Origin: Paludibacter sp.
GTDB lineage: Bacteria; Bacteroidota; Bacteroidia; Bacteroidales; Paludibacteraceae
Length of the DNA: 64,000 bases
Direction: 5' to 3'
Assembly: GCA_027364655.1 (NCBI GenBank)
Contig: DAHXOX010000071.1
Location: 4,938-68,937, forward strand
Each line of letters opens with the position of its first letter. The stretch's first letter is position 1. The position numbers and the translations under genes are program-made. The notes under the pieces were generated by a model that saw only the letters and a list, made by a program, of their open reading frames with translations, did no database searches and was not told the DNA's origin. Positions 61,691-64,000 of the stretch are shown here, in pieces.

Positions 61691-61756
61691 TCAGGGAGGC
61701 GGATGTTTAAAAGGTAGTTGTTTTTTCATTGATTTCAAATTTAAATAGTTAACCAT
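61691..61756 (-). CDS. Putative leader peptide (uORF) MVNYLNLKSMKKQLPFKHPPP*, or 12-aa MKKQLPFKHPPP* from ATG 61729
   Basis: Manual translation. The ORF lies between the susC promoter and susC, its ATG 61729 has the same AAATCAATG context as susC ATG 61573, and it ends Pro-Pro-Pro-stop. Confidence 0.5.
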   Translation of the reverse strand: MVNYLNLKSMKKQLPFKHPPP

Positions 61757-61796
61757 CGAAGACAAGGTCTCAAGTCAATCGCTTGCTTTTATGCAG

Positions 61797-61804
61797 CAAA
61801 TGTA
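61797..61804 (-). promoter_or_regulatory. susC promoter -7 box (TACATTTG)
   Basis: CAAATGTA on +, about 190 nt upstream of susC. Confidence 0.65.
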
Positions 61805-61932
61805 GAAACGATTCACTCGCGTAAATTTCACAGAAATGTAAATGTAGTAACCGTAGCATGTATACAGCTGCTATCATGCTGTCAAACAAGACATTTATAT
61901 GTATGAGTACGGAAAAGAATGTAGTAGAATTC

Positions 61933-61975
61933 AAAAAAAAGTCCTATAAGAACCTTTTTTTCTTATAGGACTTTT
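61933..61975 (-). terminator. susR terminator
   Basis: AAAAGTCCTATAAGA/TCTTATAGGACTTTT stem with an A8 run on +. Confidence 0.85.
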
Positions 61976-61994
61976 CGTTCGAATACCACAAAAT

Positions 61995-63641
61995 CTACTG
62001 TATATTCGTCCCAATCCGCATCACTTGCGCTTCAAATTCTTCACGAGCACCTATGGCTTTGTTTCTTGCTTTCGTGCGATAGTTGTATATAGTCGATAAT
62101 GAATAGCGCAAAAAATGGGATATTTTGACACTATCGGTGATTCCAAGACGAATAAGGGCAAAAATCCGTAATTCCGTATTCAGGAGTTCTCCTGACTTAG
62201 GAACAATAGCCTCGCCTTTCACCAATAAGCTATTGAATTCTTCAATAAAATTGGGAAAAAGCTGCAAGAAGGTAGTGTCGAAATTGGCGTAAAACTCTTT
62301 CAGCTCATCTTCAATAAACTGATTTGACTTGATGGCCAGCAAAAGATCATTGATTTTACCTGCAGCAGCTGTTCTGTTTAATAAATGACGATAATTATCC
62401 AGCTTGTCAATATAGAGGGAGCATTGATCCATATAACGACCAATATATTCTTCTTTAATGAGGTTGGCTTCAAAAAGTGTGTTATTCGTCTCTTTGAGCT
62501 GCTGATTAGTTGAAAAAAACTCATTATTCAACCCATTCAATTGCTCATTTGCCCGACTTAAATCCATCCGTGCTTTCTTCAGTTTCTTCATTTGCCTATA
62601 TAGCAAAAACAAAACGATCAGCAAAAACAAAGACAACACACTGATACTTATCAAGAAAACGATCAATTGCCGTTGCCGCGCCTTAGTTTCCAACTGATAG
62701 GCTTTTTCAATGATGGGCAACATCTGCGATATTTCAATAGTGCGCAAACGGGCATTACAAAAAAGAGCGTCTTCAAGCGAGCGTTTTATATATTTGTAAG
62801 CTCTGTCAATTTCACCGTCTTCATATAGGATAAATGCAAGACTACGCAGGGAGATATATTCTTTCGTGTCCGATTGTAAATCGTAAATTGCCGATATGGT
62901 AAGCCATTTCTCTTCAAGATTCCGCTCTCTTTTTCCATGATAGGCTTGCGATATGCTATAAGCAATGATCGCACGATCATGATTATCTTTTGGTATTGTG
63001 GGGTAATATGCCTGCAATAATTTCAAAGCCTCATCATATTTCTTATTGACAATCAATTGATCCGATCTCACCATAATGTACGGACTGGATTTCGGAGGAT
63101 TGGCTATAAGAAGTGAGTCACGGTAATTGGCAGTTAAATAATCATATCGGGCTTTCTCTTGATTTGAAACCGCATAATCAGCCAGATATCCGTAAATAGT
63201 TCGATAGATATAAAAATAATAGGCTCTTAAATTGGGTGAATACTTTATATCTACGCTTTTTACAATGTCTAAGGCTTCATTATACATGCCAACGGTGCCC
63301 ATGATAGAAGCCAGATTCAAGCGAGCCTCATTCAGCTTATTTTTATCGTGAAGTTTCTCCGCAATTTGCAATTTGATGCGGGCATAACTAAGCGCAGAAT
63401 CTGATGTATACGCTTTATATTCGTCAAATAGCTGACCGCAAAGATTGTATCTCACTTCATCCGAAGAAGTAATTTGCAACAGCTCTTTTAGGTGGTGTAA
63501 TTTAGCCTCTTTAATCTTATCATAGATCGCATGATTGTCTATGGTTTGATCCAACACTCGTAACAACGAATCCATTTCGTTGCCGGCAAATCCAATATGA
63601 GTGATAAACAAACAAACAAAACCGAAACAAACTCTTTTCAT
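61995..63641 (-). CDS. susR: SusR-like membrane-spanning PUL regulator (DUF6377-type)
   Basis: Signal peptide, TPR-like periplasmic region, TM helix, [14 protein letters not shown] and [32 protein letters not shown]. Confidence 0.9.
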   Translation of the reverse strand: MKRVCFGFVCLFITHIGFAGNEMDSLLRVLDQTIDNHAIYDKIKEAKLHHLKELLQITSSDEVRYNLCGQLFDEYKAYTSDSALSYARIKLQIAEKLHDKNKLNEARLNLASIMGTVGMYNEALDIVKSVDIKYSPNLRAYYFYIYRTIYGYLADYAVSNQEKARYDYLTANYRDSLLIANPPKSSPYIMVRSDQLIVNKKYDEALKLLQAYYPTIPKDNHDRAIIAYSISQAYHGKRERNLEEKWLTISAIYDLQSDTKEYISLRSLAFILYEDGEIDRAYKYIKRSLEDALFCNARLRTIEISQMLPIIEKAYQLETKARQRQLIVFLISISVLSLFLLIVLFLLYRQMKKLKKARMDLSRANEQLNGLNNEFFSTNQQLKETNNTLFEANLIKEEYIGRYMDQCSLYIDKLDNYRHLLNRTAAAGKINDLLLAIKSNQFIEDELKEFYANFDTTFLQLFPNFIEEFNSLLVKGEAIVPKSGELLNTELRIFALIRLGITDSVKISHFLRYSLSTIYNYRTKARNKAIGAREEFEAQVMRIGTNIQ

Positions 63642-63682
63642 GGCCGACTATTTTTCCTGACAAAAATACACCTAAAATGCGA

Positions 63683-63717
63683 GAATGTTCCGAAATAACC
63701 TATATTTCGGAACATTC
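63683..63717 (-). terminator. Stem-loop between the peptidase gene and susR
   Basis: 15-bp stem GAATGTTCCGAAATA/TATTTCGGAACATTC. Confidence 0.65.
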
Positions 63718-63839
63718 CCCAAATCAGTGAATCAAACTCCTTGTGCCCCAGTCGGATTTACCCGATTAAGTTGATTGACAAATCCTTCGTTTACTCTTTT
63801 GTCAGAATGGTTTGATTATTTCTTGCATACTTCAGAATC

Positions 63840-63998
63840 TTATTTCCCTTTTACATTGGTAAATACCTGATTTTCGACTAATTTCTTTACATCGTACGGG
63901 GCAGGTGCTCCACCAAGGTATTTATGGAACCAATCTAAATGAGCATCGTAATAGAGCGGCATCGATTTTACCACATTAGGCCAATGCCCGTCATTTTT
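63840..63998 (-). CDS. S9 prolyl-oligopeptidase-family peptidase, C-terminal fragment (truncated by window edge)
   Basis: Not in the ORF track. Manual translation KNDGHWPNVVKSMPLYYDAHLDWFHKYLGGAPAPYDVKKLVENQVFTNVKGK* contains the catalytic-His 'DGHW' and the 'DWF.KYL' S9 ending. Confidence 0.7.
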   Translation of the reverse strand, partial: KNDGHWPNVVKSMPLYYDAHLDWFHKYLGGAPAPYDVKKLVENQVFTNVKGK

Positions 63999-64000
63999 GA

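Overview
A 64-kb chromosomal window from a Bacteroidales-type anaerobe, inferred from TAnnTTTG promoters, Sus genes and gene order. Bases 1-22.8 kb hold mixed metabolic, stress and envelope genes: gdhB, nagB-like fusion, fhs, a nitroreductase/thioredoxin/DoxX/MarR cluster, gmhB, aroC, slyD, an orphan hisH, an ECF sigma/anti-sigma/DUF4252 operon, an S1/P1 nuclease, mltF, a glycosyltransferase and groESL. Bases 23-42 kb are core genome: rpsU-xerC-hpf, tRNA-Tyr/Gly/Thr, tuf, tRNA-Trp, secE-nusG-rplKAJL-rpoBC, and yceD-rpmF-fabH-tig. Bases 43-47.5 kb hold a methylmalonyl-CoA epimerase/carboxyltransferase/biotin-carrier operon with no membrane Na+-pump subunits, followed by pepC. Bases 47.5-63.7 kb are accessory: an ERG4/ERG24-type sterol reductase, a hypothetical gene, an SDR whose conserved N-terminus lacks an in-frame ATG, and a complete dextran-type PUL (SusR-SusC-SusD-SusE/F-GH66 plus an uncharacterised multi-domain glycosidase). 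The best leads are the sterol-reductase/SDR pair, a polyproline-ending leader peptide (..KHPPP*) upstream of susC, the pump-less methylmalonyl-CoA carboxyltransferase operon, and the unusual PUL glycosidase. I saw no CRISPR array, IS element, prophage or rRNA. All assignments come from motif and family recognition by eye; no database searches were run.
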